Part shown: one piece after another, positions 39,525 through 52,020 of the stretch | Numbering within the stretch: the first letter of the stretch is position 1 | How the letters are laid out: every line of letters starts with the position of its first letter | The notes under the pieces: model-generated | The model's database searches: none | Told to the model about the DNA's origin: nothing | Seen by the model: only the letters and a program-made list of their open reading frames with translations | Origin: Octopus vulgaris | Taxonomy: Eukaryota | Assembly: GCA_951406725.2 (NCBI GenBank) | Contig: OX597822.1 | Span: 124,001 to 188,000 of the forward strand | Length of the DNA: 64,000 nucleotides | Direction of reading: 5' to 3' | Position numbers and translations under genes: made by a program

Positions 39525-39895
39525 GAGAAATCCCAAAGTACTGCCCATGTCCTTAGAAAAACCCTATCAATTTAAATGCCTGTGTTGTATTACATGAAGC
39601 TATTTCGTTACTACCCTACCACTTTCCCTCCCCAGGCTTTCAGTCATACTATAACATCTCTTATCCTTCACTTGCCCCAGGACGCTAGGCATGCCTTGGC
39701 AAGTGGTTGTAACAAACATACAGATTAAAAATGAATAAACCGATTATAGCAGTGACTGCATCTAAGAATATCTGAAGAAGGAATATTATTCCGAAATATC
39801 GTATCAGACTATGGATGACTAAATTACAACAGGTATACACAGACCATTGTCTGTATTATAGTGCATTGTTGTACTATTCAAAACTTTTTATTCTT
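39522..39895 (+). mobile_element. 3' end of an RLE-type (R4/Dong-like) LINE in (TAA)n
   Basis: TAHVLRKTLSI-stop resembles the RLE C-terminus; TAA repeats on both sides. Confidence 0.55.
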
Positions 39896-40384
39896 TAATA
39901 ATAATAATGATATCAAATTTTGGCATAAGGACAGCAATTTCTGAGAATAGGGTAAATCAATTACATTGACTCCAGCACTCAACTGGTACTTATTTTATCA
40001 ACTGTGAAAGGATGAAAAGCAATGTCAACCTCAGTGGAATTTGAACTCAGAACATGAAGATGGATAAAATACCACTAAGCATTTTGCCCAGCACGCTAAC
40101 AATTCTGCCAATTTGCCACCTTAATACAAACATCAACAACCTTTTCATTACAGGTTCTTCTTAAATATACAATATTGGAGAAGCTTATTTCCAATCTAAA
40201 TCACATCTCACCTCACAGCCCATACTAAATACTCTTCCCGGTCCTTACTCTCCACTTGTGAAACCCACTGGAATTATAACTGCATTGTCTTCTATTTGAT
40301 GTTTGTCAAATACATCAATCAGGCACTCTGAAAACCTCATGGATACAGGTCCTCTTCACCTATTTAACATAAAGAGGAAGAGAT

Positions 40385-40680
40385 AAACATATACAATCCT
40401 CTTCACTATAAAATAGCCCAGCTGTGGAAAATGAAGAAGGTGAAGATAGTGGCAATTATTATTGGGTCTTTAGGGACGGTATCAGAAGGCATCAAGAGGA
40501 ATATAAAGGAAATTGGAATAGAGTGGCCAGTAGAACTGATACAAAAGGTTTGTCTCTTTGACACAGCTAGAATAATCAGGAAAGTATTACAAAGTTTAAA
40601 AGAACAAAAAACATGTTACCGCTACACACACAAGTCTCCAGGAGCTCCAACGGATCTTGAGTTAAAAAAAGAAAATAATA
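40385..40680 (+). mobile_element. RLE-type (R4/Dong-like) LINE 3' fragment
   Basis: MKKVKIVAIIIGSLGTVSEGIKRNIKEIGIEWPVELIQKVCLFDTARIIRKVL; homologous to 19810-20065. Confidence 0.75.
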
Positions 40681-40897
40681 ACAATGCTTTCTAATAAAGG
40701 CACAAAGCTTTAAATTTTGGGGGGAGGGCATAAGTCGATTACATCGACCCCCAGCATTCAACTGTAACTTATTTTATTGAAATGATGAAAGGCAAAGTTG
40801 ACCTTGTCGGAACTTGAACTCAGAACACAAAGACAGATGAAATGCCACTAAGCATTTTGCTCGGCATGCTAATGATTCTGCCAGCTTGCCACCTTAA

Positions 40898-41118
40898 CCC
40901 TTTCGTTACTGTATTTATTTTGAGATGCTCTGTGTTTCTTCCAATTATTTTAAATATAAGAAAGAATTTAGTAAAATAACATCGTTATCATTGAGCTAGT
41001 GTTAGGAACATAAATTGTGACTAAGATTTGGTGGAAATTTTGAATTCAAAACTTATGAAAACAAGACATTTATACTAAAGAGCCAGAGCCGGTTTCAGCC
41101 GGGTTGGTAACAAAAGGG
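40898..41118. mobile_element. piggyBac-type MITE (family A), uninterrupted 221-bp copy
   Basis: TTAA|CCCTTTCGTTAC ... GTAACAAAAGGG|TTAA; opposite orientation to 34831. Confidence 0.9.
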
Positions 41119-41777
41119 TTAATAATAATCTTTTAATATAATAAAATGCTTAGTATGTCCCTGTCAGCCATGCTGTACACCATAGGGAAAAAACAGTAAA
41201 ACAACAAAGCTGGAGTGCGTGGCAGAGTGTGATGCAGGCGGACATGTAAAGGCTTTGCTCCCAAGACACTAGAGAAAGAAGAGTAAAACAACAAATGGAG
41301 TGGTAGTGAGTGACAGTCAGTATTTAAATGAAATTAAATTTTTATCGTAAATTATATTTAGCAATTTCATACGTCCCTGCAGTATACAACCGATACTGGT
41401 GTGTTTACGTCCTCGTAACTTAGCGGTTCGGCAAAAGAGACCGATAGAATAAGTACTAGGCTTACAAAGAATAAGTTCTGGGGGTCAATTTCCTTGACTA
41501 AAGGTGGTGCTTCAGCATGGCTGCAGCCAAATGACTGAAACAAGTAAAAGAGTAAAAAGTACACACTCACACAAAGAGGCATTACATAGAATAAAATTAT
41601 TTCATCAATCTAAAAAATGTAAACAAACATGCACGTGCACACACATTCATTTGTATGCCCATACATAGATGTACATGAATAGATATTTGTATGAGAATAT
41701 ATCAGAGATACGTATATGTGGGCATGTGTGTAGATATATATGTACCTACCTATTTATCTCTCTCTATATATATAAAT

Positions 41778-42135
41778 AGGAGCAGGAGTGGCAGTGGTAA
41801 GAAGCTTGCTTCCCAACCACTTGGTTCCGGGTTCAGTCCCACTGCACGACACCTTGGATAAGTGTCTTCTACTATAGCCTTAGGCCAAACAAAGCCTTGT
41901 AAGTGGATTTGGTAGACAGAAACTGAAAGAAGCCCGTCATGTATGTATTTGTGTGTCTGTGTTCGTCCCCTCACCATCGCTTCACAACAGTTATCCCTGT
42001 AACTTAGCAGTTCGGCAAAAGAGACCGATAGAATAAGTTCTAGGCTTACTAAGAATACATCCTAGAGTTGATTTGTTTGACTAAAGGCAGTGCCAACATG
42101 GCTGCAGTCAAATGACTGAAACAAGTAAAAGAGAT
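41778..42135 (+). mobile_element. Near full-length tRNA-derived SINE
   Basis: Head with B-box-like GGGTTCAGTCCC, (TG/TA) middle, tail GACTGAAACAAGTAAAAGAG; a partial copy lies at 41380-41556. Confidence 0.9.
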
Positions 42136-42890
42136 ATAGATAGATAGATTGATTTGTGTGTATGTATATATGTATGCTTATATGTATTTATATGTATATA
42201 CAAACATACATTATGTGGGTGATGTTTTCAACCGAGACGTTACATCTTATTCTTCAAGTACTTCAATTCTGCGTATGTACATATATTTACTAAACTTTTG
42301 GCAGTTATTAATAGTTTTCCTGTTGTGTTGATGTGCTATTTTCTATCATTAATAAAACTGTTGGCATTTTTGCCAACACGGGTATGCTACTAATAATAAT
42401 AATAATACTTTCTAGTAAAGACACAAGGCCTGAAACCTTGTCAGAGGGGATAAGTCAATTACACTGACCCCAGTATTTCCCTGGTACTTAATTTATGAAC
42501 CCCAAAAGAATGAAAGATAAACTCGAACTAAAAACATAATAATAACAACAATAATAATAAAAGGTTTCCCCTCTTTGCCTTCCAATTTCACATTTTGTAA
42601 TCATTCAGTTCTCATTTTCCATTTACAACAATAGAACCTCATTATTTTAACATGCTCACATATTTCCTTGCTCCAGTGACATTGCAGCTAAGAGATCCGG
42701 TATCCTAAGATCTGATCACACCACTTCTTCCCATACTTTCTTTGGGTTTCCTGGGCCTTAGGTACTTTCCACTGTCAGCACACCACACCTTTATTCACTC
42801 AGTACTTCACACCACATATCTATATGAGTAAAGAAATTCTATGTTGACTATGAATTCACCTCATGTTGAAATTAAAGGTAATGTATAAAT

Positions 42891-43278
42891 AATGAAATAT
42901 TAGCACCAAGCAGTGTTTAGGCATAAGCAAAGTTTAGGTTAGTTAAAATATGTTTGTGACATATTTCAACTGCTAAAAGGCAAATTCACTGCAATTACTT
43001 TCAGTGTCACCATCTAACAGGACTCCCAGACATCAATGTCTCAAGTTAGTTGGTTTTTATCAATGGGAGGTACCTAAAAGAGGCAACTCTAAAAAAACCT
43101 TATAAAGCAATAGCTTTATGTAAAATACTGTCAACAACGTCGACTGATTTGCACTGGTCGATCACCATTATTGTGGAAAAAAATGATATATTAGCGCCAA
43201 GCTGAGTTTAAGCATGAGAAAAGTTTAGGTTAGTTAAAATATGCTTGTGTCATATGTCAACTGCGAAAAGGCAAATTC
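42891..43278. repeat. Diverged ~97-bp direct repeat pair (42891-42987 and 43182-43278)
   Basis: Both contain ATATTAGC(A/G)CCAAGC...AAAGTTTAGGTTAGTTAAAATATG...AAAAGGCAAATTC. Confidence 0.85.
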
Positions 43279-43660
43279 CTTGTGGTTATTGTACTGTAGA
43301 GAAAATATTTCTCTTATGGTAAAAATGTGTGAAAACACCCTATTTGTTTAGTGTTTCCTTGCAATGAACTGACCACACAAGTCCACTCTGTTGCAAGGGT
43401 CAGATCTCTAATCTAAAGAAACCTTTCTTAATTTCTTCCCATTAACCAAAATGTCACTTAAAAGATGACCAAGCTTTTAAAAAAATGAACAACCATTAAG
43501 TCAATGAAACATCAGTATTGACCTTTGATGTGAAATACAGCACCAGACCTTACTCGGCTTCCAGAAATCTGGAAATACTGTGCAATACCATGTAATATAC
43601 TGTACCCCTACTAAAAAATATATATTAGAGACAGAGGCAGTATTAATATTAAGAGGTAAT

Positions 43661-43980
43661 ATTTATCCCCCTTTAAATATGGATGTTCAGTTAGAACAAG
43701 CTATACTGCAGTAGATACCATGAGAGAAACTCTCATATGGGATTTTGGTACAAAATGCACTCTTGTCTATATCACTAACAGGGAGATAAATCCCTGTCAT
43801 ATCCAGTGCTGAGACCACCAGATCACATGACCAAGGTAGGTCAAAATCACATGATCTGATGGCCTTGGTGCTAGAGATGGCAGGGATTTATCTCTCCACA
43901 AGTGATAAAAATAAGAGTGCATTTTACACCAAAAGCCAATATGAGAGTAGAACATCCACATTTAAATGAGGATGAATACT
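43661..43980. repeat. Long imperfect fold-back element (old MITE)
   Basis: CTCTCATATGGGATTTTGGTACAAAATGCACTCTT..GGAGATAAATCCCTG..CAGATCAC mirrored by GATCTG..CAGGGATTTATCTC..AAGAGTGCATTTTACACCAAAA..ATATGAGAG. Confidence 0.85.
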
Positions 43981-45825
43981 GTACCCTGTATTGAGTAAAC
44001 TGACCCTGTTTTCGAAGTTGGTTAATTTGCATACAGTGTGTTAAAAAATTATTCTAGTTTAATTTAATAACAAAGTATGTTAGAATTTTTTCTTTTTTCA
44101 GTGGTTTGATAAAGATTAAACATGCTCTACTTTAGAATTTTCATTTGAACTTGTACCTGTTAAATAAAAATCACATTCTTTACTCTCTTCATTTATCATC
44201 CTATAAACATTTTAGTGTATGCGTGGTACAATGATATATTTTAAGAATTTTAAATGGATTACTAAATATCAAACAGACCCTGCTTTAGAAGTGTAGTAAT
44301 TTGAATCTGTTAAATACAATTTAGTTTTTTACTTTTCATAGTTTATTTTATAGTATAAATATATTAATATACTAGCTGCACTCCATGTAGATTTTACCTA
44401 GCTCCTGCAGGGATGCAAATGGGGCCCGTGTCCCAAAACTAAAGAGAGCTAAATACCATAAATATAATACATCTATAACAACTATATGCCCTGGTGATGC
44501 TTGATCAGAGGTTAAGGATGGATGAGAATTAATTCTCTAATGTAATCATTCTATTGTTCCAGTCCCAAGTTGAATTCCAATTGTTGGCCAATTTGTCCCA
44601 AAGTCCTTATCTCAATGTAAAATAAATAAAGCAAATATCAATTATCTCTCCCTTGATCTCCGATATCATCTGACAAATGCCAGCCAAGATGGCATGAATC
44701 AGCCAAGCTTTACCTGCTAGAAATAGCAACTCAAATGCTTTTAAGTCAGATCCCAATGCTGGATGTTCAAGAACAAAATGAAGGACAGATTTTCAACCCT
44801 AGGATCGTCCTGATTCCAAACAGGTATAATATGACTATGTGGAACAAATGTAGATTGAGAGACAGAATTTCACTTTTATTATTATAGATTTAGGTTATCT
44901 CTCCTTCTCTTTCTCTCTCTGGCAAGGTAACCATGTATCACCTCTACAGCAAGACACCTGTTTTCTTCTCTCGGTCACTCTAACCTTTCATCATCTGACA
45001 TAAGATCACCTCCTCTCAAAGATTCTTTGTCTTGCAAGTTACTTGGTGACTCTGTCAGTGCTGGTGCCACATAAAAAACATCCAGTCCACACTGTAAAGT
45101 GGTTGGAATTTAGAAGGGCATCCAGCTGTAAAAACCATGCCAAAACTGACCTCGCCTGTGCTGGTGCCATGTAAAAAGCACTCAGTCCACTCTGCGGGGT
45201 GGATGGTGTTAGGAAGGGCATCCAGCTGTAAAAACCGTGCCAAAACAGACACAGGTATCTGGTGCAGAAATCGGAGACTCTTCTGGTCCGATGCTTGCTG
45301 GATAATTGGTTCGGTTCTCTAATTAAAAAAAGAAAACACAGCTGTCAAGTGAGTTCGAGTTGGTAGCACATAACATGTTTTCACTAATTGTTTTCAGGGC
45401 TTATGAAGTCATAGAAAGACACAGGCACTCTCCCTCTGCCCTCCTGCTCTTTGACTCATTGGAACATAGAGGTTGTGACAGCAGGTGGGTCGAGAGGGTA
45501 GCACCAGTACTTGGCTAGTACTCATTTTCAGCTGAGTAGATTGGAACAACATGAAATGTGCCTGTTCTTCTCATCAGAATAACCAAGTTGCACAAGAAAT
45601 GGTCTATCCCAGAATTCTTGCTGAACAAAATACATTTCTATTAGATTTGTTCCTATTTTACATGTTGCATAATAATTTAGAATTACAAAAAATACGTAAA
45701 GTAAAGCATGAAGATATATTTTTATAAGTCACAAAATATTAATTATCAATAAAGTCTCAATAGCCTCACACATCACAGAAACATTCCATTTCAGGTATTT
45801 ATCTGTATTGCAATAAAAAACATAT

Positions 45826-46207
45826 ACTCTTTTACTTGTTTCAGTCATTTGACTGCAGCCATGCTGGAGCACCGCCTTTAGTCGAGCAAATCGACCCCAG
45901 GACTTATTCTTAGTAAGCCTAGTACTTATTCTATCGGTCTCTTTTGCCGAACCGCTAAGTTATGGGGACGTAAACATACCAGCATCGGTTGTCAAGCGAT
46001 GTTGAGGGGGACAAACACAGACACACAAACACACATATATATACGGCGGGCTTCTTTCAGTTTCCGTCTACCAAATCCACTCACAAGGCTTTGGTTGGCC
46101 CAAGGCTATTGTAAAAGACACTTGCCCAAGGTGCCACGCAGTGGGACTGAACCCGGAACTATGTGGTTGGTAAGCAAACTACTTACCACACAGTCACTCA
46201 TGCGCCT
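45826..46207 (-). mobile_element. Full-length, well-preserved tRNA-derived SINE
   Basis: Reverse complement of the 41778 family, with CpGs retained. Confidence 0.92.
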
Positions 46208-46429
46208 ATGCAAATTAATTTCATACAAAATGTACAATATAACTTGGTTAAACAAAAAAAATATTTCTACAAATTCAACTGGGCAACGTCAGGTATCACT
46301 GAAAATACACACACACATAGTGCTCAGGTTAAATCTGACGATTTCTTTATGTCTCCCTTTTTCAAGAACAGCTTGATGTATTGGTGAACAGTCAACGGCA
46401 CTGGAGAACATAATGATTAAAATAATAAA

Positions 46430-47319
46430 ATAATAATAATAATGAAATTATTGTATACAGTGTTCAGGTGCACCACAACTTGTCAGAAAGTGCATATAAA
46501 GTGTATGCTGTAATGTACAAATATCTGGAAAGCGAACAGTGTATGAATCAGATACATGCTTGCGTGTGTATGGAGGGGAGAAAATCAGGTGTAGTGTTGG
46601 CGAATCTCAGGAAGCATGGAAGTTTTGAAGGATGCAGTGCTCCGACAACTAACAACTGATGCCGGCAGTTTGTTCCATGCTTCAGCAACTCTCAGCGTGA
46701 AAAAAAAGTCATGGGAGCTGTGCTGTTTTCTGACTTTGTAAATATGTCCACGGGTGTTAGACAGGTGGAGTTTGAAAAGGTGCTCAGAGTTATTGTTTGT
46801 AATATGGTTAATAATTTTATGGGTGTCTGCCAAGTTAGCTGCCAGACGTCGGAGTTTCAATGTGTCCATGCCAAGGGAAGTAAGGCGTTCAGAATATGGC
46901 AAATGCCTGATGGAGGGTATTCTTTTGGTTGCACGTCGCTGAACGGCTTCCAGATGATTGATATCCTGGGCAAGATAGGGGTTCCAGACCGGTGATGCAA
47001 ATTCCAGGTGAGGTCTTACCATAGCTATATAAAGCCACAGATAGATAGCCGGAGAGCGGCTCACAAAAGATTTGGTGAGTGATGCCAAGACACCCTCAGC
47101 CTTCTTGGCAATTTTAGCGATGTGTTTTGTCCAACGCAAATCGCTGTCGACAATAACACCCAGCTCACGTTCACAAGAAGACTTTTTGAGATTAGTGTTG
47201 TGGAGGGAGTAAGTCGACGCTGGGTTTTTCCTCCCAAAATGCATGGTGGTACATTTGTCCACAGCCAGCTTGAGTTGCCAGTCCATGATCCACTGCTGCA
47301 TTGTGTCCAGGTCTGATTG
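46430..47319 (-). mobile_element. 5'-truncated CR1-like LINE, second copy
   Basis: Closely matches 6640-7530; open 245-aa ORF2 C-terminus at 46585-47322; (ATT)n tail. Confidence 0.93.
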
Positions 47320-48380
47320 CAAAAATTTGTAGTTAAGAAAAAGTTAGCTGACATGGAGGAGTGGAAGCCAGCTAAATATTGGAAAAGAGTTACCTGTATC
47401 ATGAAGATTTGCGCCAGGTATCAAAACGCTGACATTACGAATGTTGCTCAATGTTCTGTGAACACTCTAAAGATTATAAGACATGACGTAAATGGCTACA
47501 ATGGAGACGACAAGGCAGGTATTCTGACTGTGCCTGCAAGCCGGAATTCATCTTCAAATCTTTGAACAGAACCTTAAGCTCAATTCAGACGGCTATGTGA
47601 AACCGTTGGTGACAGTTGCTACTGGAAGGTTATATGTGTGACAGCAAGATTCAGCTCTTTGTCATACCTCCAGAAAGAATCAGGGATCTTTTCGGTTTGA
47701 ACGGCAGTTTTTAACATAATTTCTAGGTAACTAAAAAATTTTAAACTTCGTATACTGGTAGAATGTGTTTATAAAACATCTTTTTCTCTTGGCTTTATTG
47801 AGAAAATTCTATAGTTTGTAAGATATTTGTTGTTTTTTTTCTTCAATTTCTGCAATTTCAACCAATCAATGATGTCTATTGAGCTAAAAAACATTCTGTG
47901 CCGTATGATTATGTCCCTCGTTTAAGAAACAGATTGGGTTTATTTACATTTGTGAAGAAAAAAAGATACCCTTCCCCCACCCCTAACCCTAAAACATATT
48001 GAAATGCAATAGATCGATGCAAGGGTCATAATTATGGGTGACAATTTCATATGACACCGCTAGAAAAAACTGCCGTTCAAACCGATAAGAACCAGAATCA
48101 GAAGTGATTGCAGAACTACATCACTAACCCCAATTGTAATCCCATGGATTACTATGTGTGGAGCACGGTTGAGAAAAACACCAACAGCTCTGTCTAAGGC
48201 CGAGCTGGTGACCAAGATCAAGGAAGTATTCCATCTTCCCAGTAATACGCATGTTCCAGGTTCCGGAATCGTCTTGAGGTCGTAGTAACAGCAGAGAGCG
48301 GCTACTTTGAGTAAACTGTTATCTCCCAGCCATAACCTAATTGATATTTCTTAGTCTTTTTTAAAATACTTTTATTTTTA
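47320..48380 (+). mobile_element. Degenerate Tc1/mariner-superfamily relic, interrupted by the Merlin-like MITE
   Basis: KKKLADMEEWKPAKYWKRVTCIM, QQDSALCHTSRK and NPMDYYVW motifs. Confidence 0.75.
47684..48093. mobile_element. Merlin-like MITE, copy 2
   Basis: Near-identical to 22829-23236; TSD AGAATCAG at 47676-47683 and 48094-48101. Confidence 0.9.
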
Positions 48381-49192
48381 GATAGGATTATTATCTTTTC
48401 TTTTCCTTTTTAAGCTGTCAAATTTAGCCCGAACATGTACACAAATACACATCATGCATGTATGTACAAATGGCGGCAAAGATATTGGAAAGAAGTCAGT
48501 GATGTTGTTTAGATTCCTATCAACCCCTAATAGAGTAGGTCCTATGATTAAAAATATTCCAACTGGAACCACCTCTTTTTTTTTTTAGTCAGCCTTTATT
48601 GGACTAAATTATATCGCCTCTTTCTGTGAGGAGGTAGGGTGTAATTTGCGGGTGATTTGGCTGCTATTTCTCGTAGGTCTGGCATAGTTACTCCTTTTTA
48701 AAGATGTTCACATCCAGCTTTTCTCTGACGAAGCGGCATAAAATCAAAGGCCTGCCACCCGAGACTAGTTCGTCATGTAAAGAGTACCTAAGACTATTAT
48801 CATCTATTTAAGACGACAGGGTGCGGTTTGAAATACCAACAGAATCTGGGATTTCTAGCGGATGGAGCGATCACGTAGATATCTTCTTATTGGTAAGTGC
48901 CGTGTAGACCTATAGAAGATGCAAAATATGTTGGGGAAAATTAGCAAATTATATTTGCGCGCATGTATCTATGTATGTGTATCAATTTGACACATGGGCT
49001 CAACAAAGCACATATGTATACAGTGTAAGCCAGATATTATAATCACGGATAATATTATCAAAATCAGTGGATCTCAAACTCAGGATAGTTTTATAACCTG
49101 CTTAATGTGATCAACCGGGTATTGTTATCTAAAACATTTCCGTGATCACGACAAGCGGCTTCCGCTTATATACCTATAAATATGTTACATAG

Positions 49193-49461
49193 TCTGTTGT
49201 GTCTGGGAAGAGTCATTCACTTTTTGTGCCTTATAATGTAACACACCCATCGGTAAAATATCCACTTATTCCTTATTTTCCTAAAATTTTCGTTGCTTCT
49301 TGCAACCTTTTCAATAGTTTTGTGTCAAAACTATTGAAAAGGTTGCAAGAAGCAACGAAAATTTTAGGAAAATAAAAATAAGGAATAAGTGGATATTTTA
49401 CCGATGGGTGTGTTACATTATAAGGCACAAAAAGTGAATGACTCTTCCCAGACACAACAGA
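49193..49461. repeat. Near-perfect palindrome, ~130-bp arms and 3-nt loop
   Basis: Centre CAATAGTTTTG-TGT-CAAAACTATTG; the arms are complementary apart from one ~6-nt indel. Confidence 0.96.
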
Positions 49462-49631
49462 ATGTGCTTCAACACACGAACTCACATAAAGAATCTTGCA
49501 AACCAAATCCAAAAACGAAACAAAACAAAGTCGTTATCAAGAAAACAAATGAGGAAAACAAACCGAGTGATTTCCATTGACAGTGAACTGAGAGAAATGA
49601 CAATAATATAAGAAATATAAGATGAACTTAC

Positions 49632-49700
49632 AGCGGGAACAGAATGGAAGGAAAGCAAACCTAAAAAAAATATAATCATAAACCGTTTTACGGTAGGGAG
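49632..49700 (-). other. Putative first exon of CDK2AP1 (5' boundary approximate)
   Basis: Donor CCGCT|GTAAGT at 49631-49626, immediately downstream of the CpG-rich ETS cluster. Confidence 0.6.
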
Positions 49701-49860
49701 CCGAATCCGGAAGTCGGTGCACTACGTTCAGAACCGAAACCGGAAGTCGGTCTCGTCACGTTCTGTAGAGTAGCTGAAAGTCGATTTTGTCGTCGAAACC
49801 GGAAGTCGGTGCTGTTATGATCCGCGTTCAATTGTGCTGCTAGAATAGAGTCACGTGACA
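49701..49860. promoter_or_regulatory. CpG-rich promoter with three ETS sites and a palindromic E-box
   Basis: CCGGAAGT at 49707, 49740 and 49799; GTCACGTGAC at 49850-49859. Confidence 0.78.
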
Positions 49861-50344
49861 ATTTACTCCATTCTTTTGGAGGTAATTATATCTGACTGAA
49901 CAAAGAGCCTGTTGTTTATTGTTGAGTAAATTGTTTCAGAAATAAAGAACATAGATTAATTACTCAGAAAAACACCATCTGCATAAAAGAAACAACAGTT
50001 AAGTGTCTACATACTTATTATCGTGGACCTAAAAATGTAATTAGAAATACTGACGAGTGCATCCAAACGACTGGGCCTTTTCAGAGTCAGAAAATGATTT
50101 AGCCCCCAACTATTAATGACATTCTACAAAGTTCAGGTGAGGAACCGCAATGGAATATTGCTCCTACATTTTGAACAGTACTGCTGTTGCACACATGGCA
50201 TCATGATGGCATCCAGTAAAGGGCTATCTGGCAGATTGACACAGTCCAGGCTCTAGCCCACAAGCAGGCTTTCCTATCTCTCTTCGTTTTCTGGTGCTAC
50301 TGTAATAGTTCCTGTTCCTCAGATCTGGTTGGGTTTCATACTAC

Positions 50345-52020
50345 CTCAACTTAGGCAGGTCGCACACATGCATTGTACAATCTACCTTTCACTCTGAGCG
50401 AGAGGCCCTTTCTCACCAGTAGGGGTAGAAGCTTTCTAAACTTTTCCCAAGTTATTCTTATTCTAGTGGTAACACTCTCTGAGTATCCACCCCCACTACT
50501 AACTTGGTCACCTAGGTAGTGGAAGCTATCAACTACTTCTAGTTTCTCCACCTGGAGTGTGATGGAATCTGTTTTCTGAGCATGTGGTGTTTATTGCCCC
50601 TGTGCATCTGCTGCACATGAAAGTATCTTCTTGGTTAATTTTCCTTTGATATTGCTGCACCTCTTATGTGTCCATAGCTTACACTGGGTACATCTTATGG
50701 AGTTTCTACCTACACCTTTTCTACACATCGAGCAGGGTCACCTACCTGAGGGAGTGTGTGATGTGTTTGCCTTCCTACTGACTAGAACTTTGGTTTTTGC
50801 TACATTGACTCTAAGGCCTTTTGATTCTAAACCTTGCTTCCGCACCCAAAATTTCTTTCCTAGTTCTGGTAGTGATTCTGCTATGATGGCCAGGTCATCA
50901 GCATAGAGGAGCTCCCAGGGGCAACCCGTCTTGAATTCCTCTGTTATTGCCTGGAGGACTATGATGAATAAAAGAGGACTGAGGGCTGAACCTAATGGAC
51001 CCCTACTTCTACCCGGAATTCTTCACTATACTCATTGCCAATCCTAAACTTACTAACGGCATCTCTGTATAGGGCCTGTACAGCCCTTATTAACCATTCG
51101 TCAATCCCCAGTTTCTGCATCGCCCACCAGATAAGGGATCGGAGGACCCTGTCAAAGGCTTTCTCCAAGTCCATAAAAGCTATGTATAGGGGTTTATCTT
51201 TAGCTAGGTATTTTTCCTGCAGTTGTCGAACCAGGAATATGGCATCAGTGTTGCTTCTACCCAGCACAAAACCGAACTGCATCTCATCTAAGCAGACTCT
51301 CTCCTTAATGAAATGGGCTATGACCCTCTCCATGACCTTAATCACCTGATCCAGCAATTTGATACCCCTGTAGTTATTTCTGTCTAGAGCATCACCTTTA
51401 CCCTTGCAGCAGTTGACAATGGTGCTGCTATGCCAGTCATTGGGTATGACTCCATCATGAACTACCTGGTTTACAATGCAGATGACTTGGCCATAGCCCA
51501 CATTACCAGATATTTTAAGCATCTCAGCAGTGATTTCTGATGGTCCAGGGGATTTTCCTGGCTTCATACCCTTAATTGTTTTATCTACAAGGGAGCTGTC
51601 TCTTCAGATAGCTGGTCCCTTTACTGCGTCAACATTTGGCAGGCTCTCTTCCTCCCATTCATTCTCCACTTTCTGCAGTCTTTCATAATGGATTCTCCAA
51701 ACATCTTTCTTTTCCGAATCATTAAAAGCAAGTGCACCATCATCCATGCGGACACATTTTTCTCCTGTGACATCACAATTTTCTCTCACACACTGTCTTG
51801 CAATCCGAAATACCTCAGTTATTTGGTCCTCACGTCACTGGACATTGGCAAACTTCTTTTCTGCTTTACCCTAGGCTATGTATACCTGCCACCCAGCCTC
51901 CCTTTTGGCTACCTGGTACAGTTCCCTACTACCCCCACCTTTCCAGACCTGTTTCTTTGCTCTAATGGCTTTGTCTACCATACTATTCCACCACCACATA
52001 ACTCTAGGTCGGGAAGGGAC
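50345..52020 (-). mobile_element. RTE-clade LINE RT fragment, degenerate
   Basis: NYRGIKLL, QFGFVLGRS, FMDLEKAFDRV, LLYADDL and EVVDSFHYLG motifs. Confidence 0.9.

Noticed and set aside
48722-48785. Fourth hammerhead core (CTGACGA...GAGAC)
   Set aside because: GAAA is absent and the stems are unconvincing.
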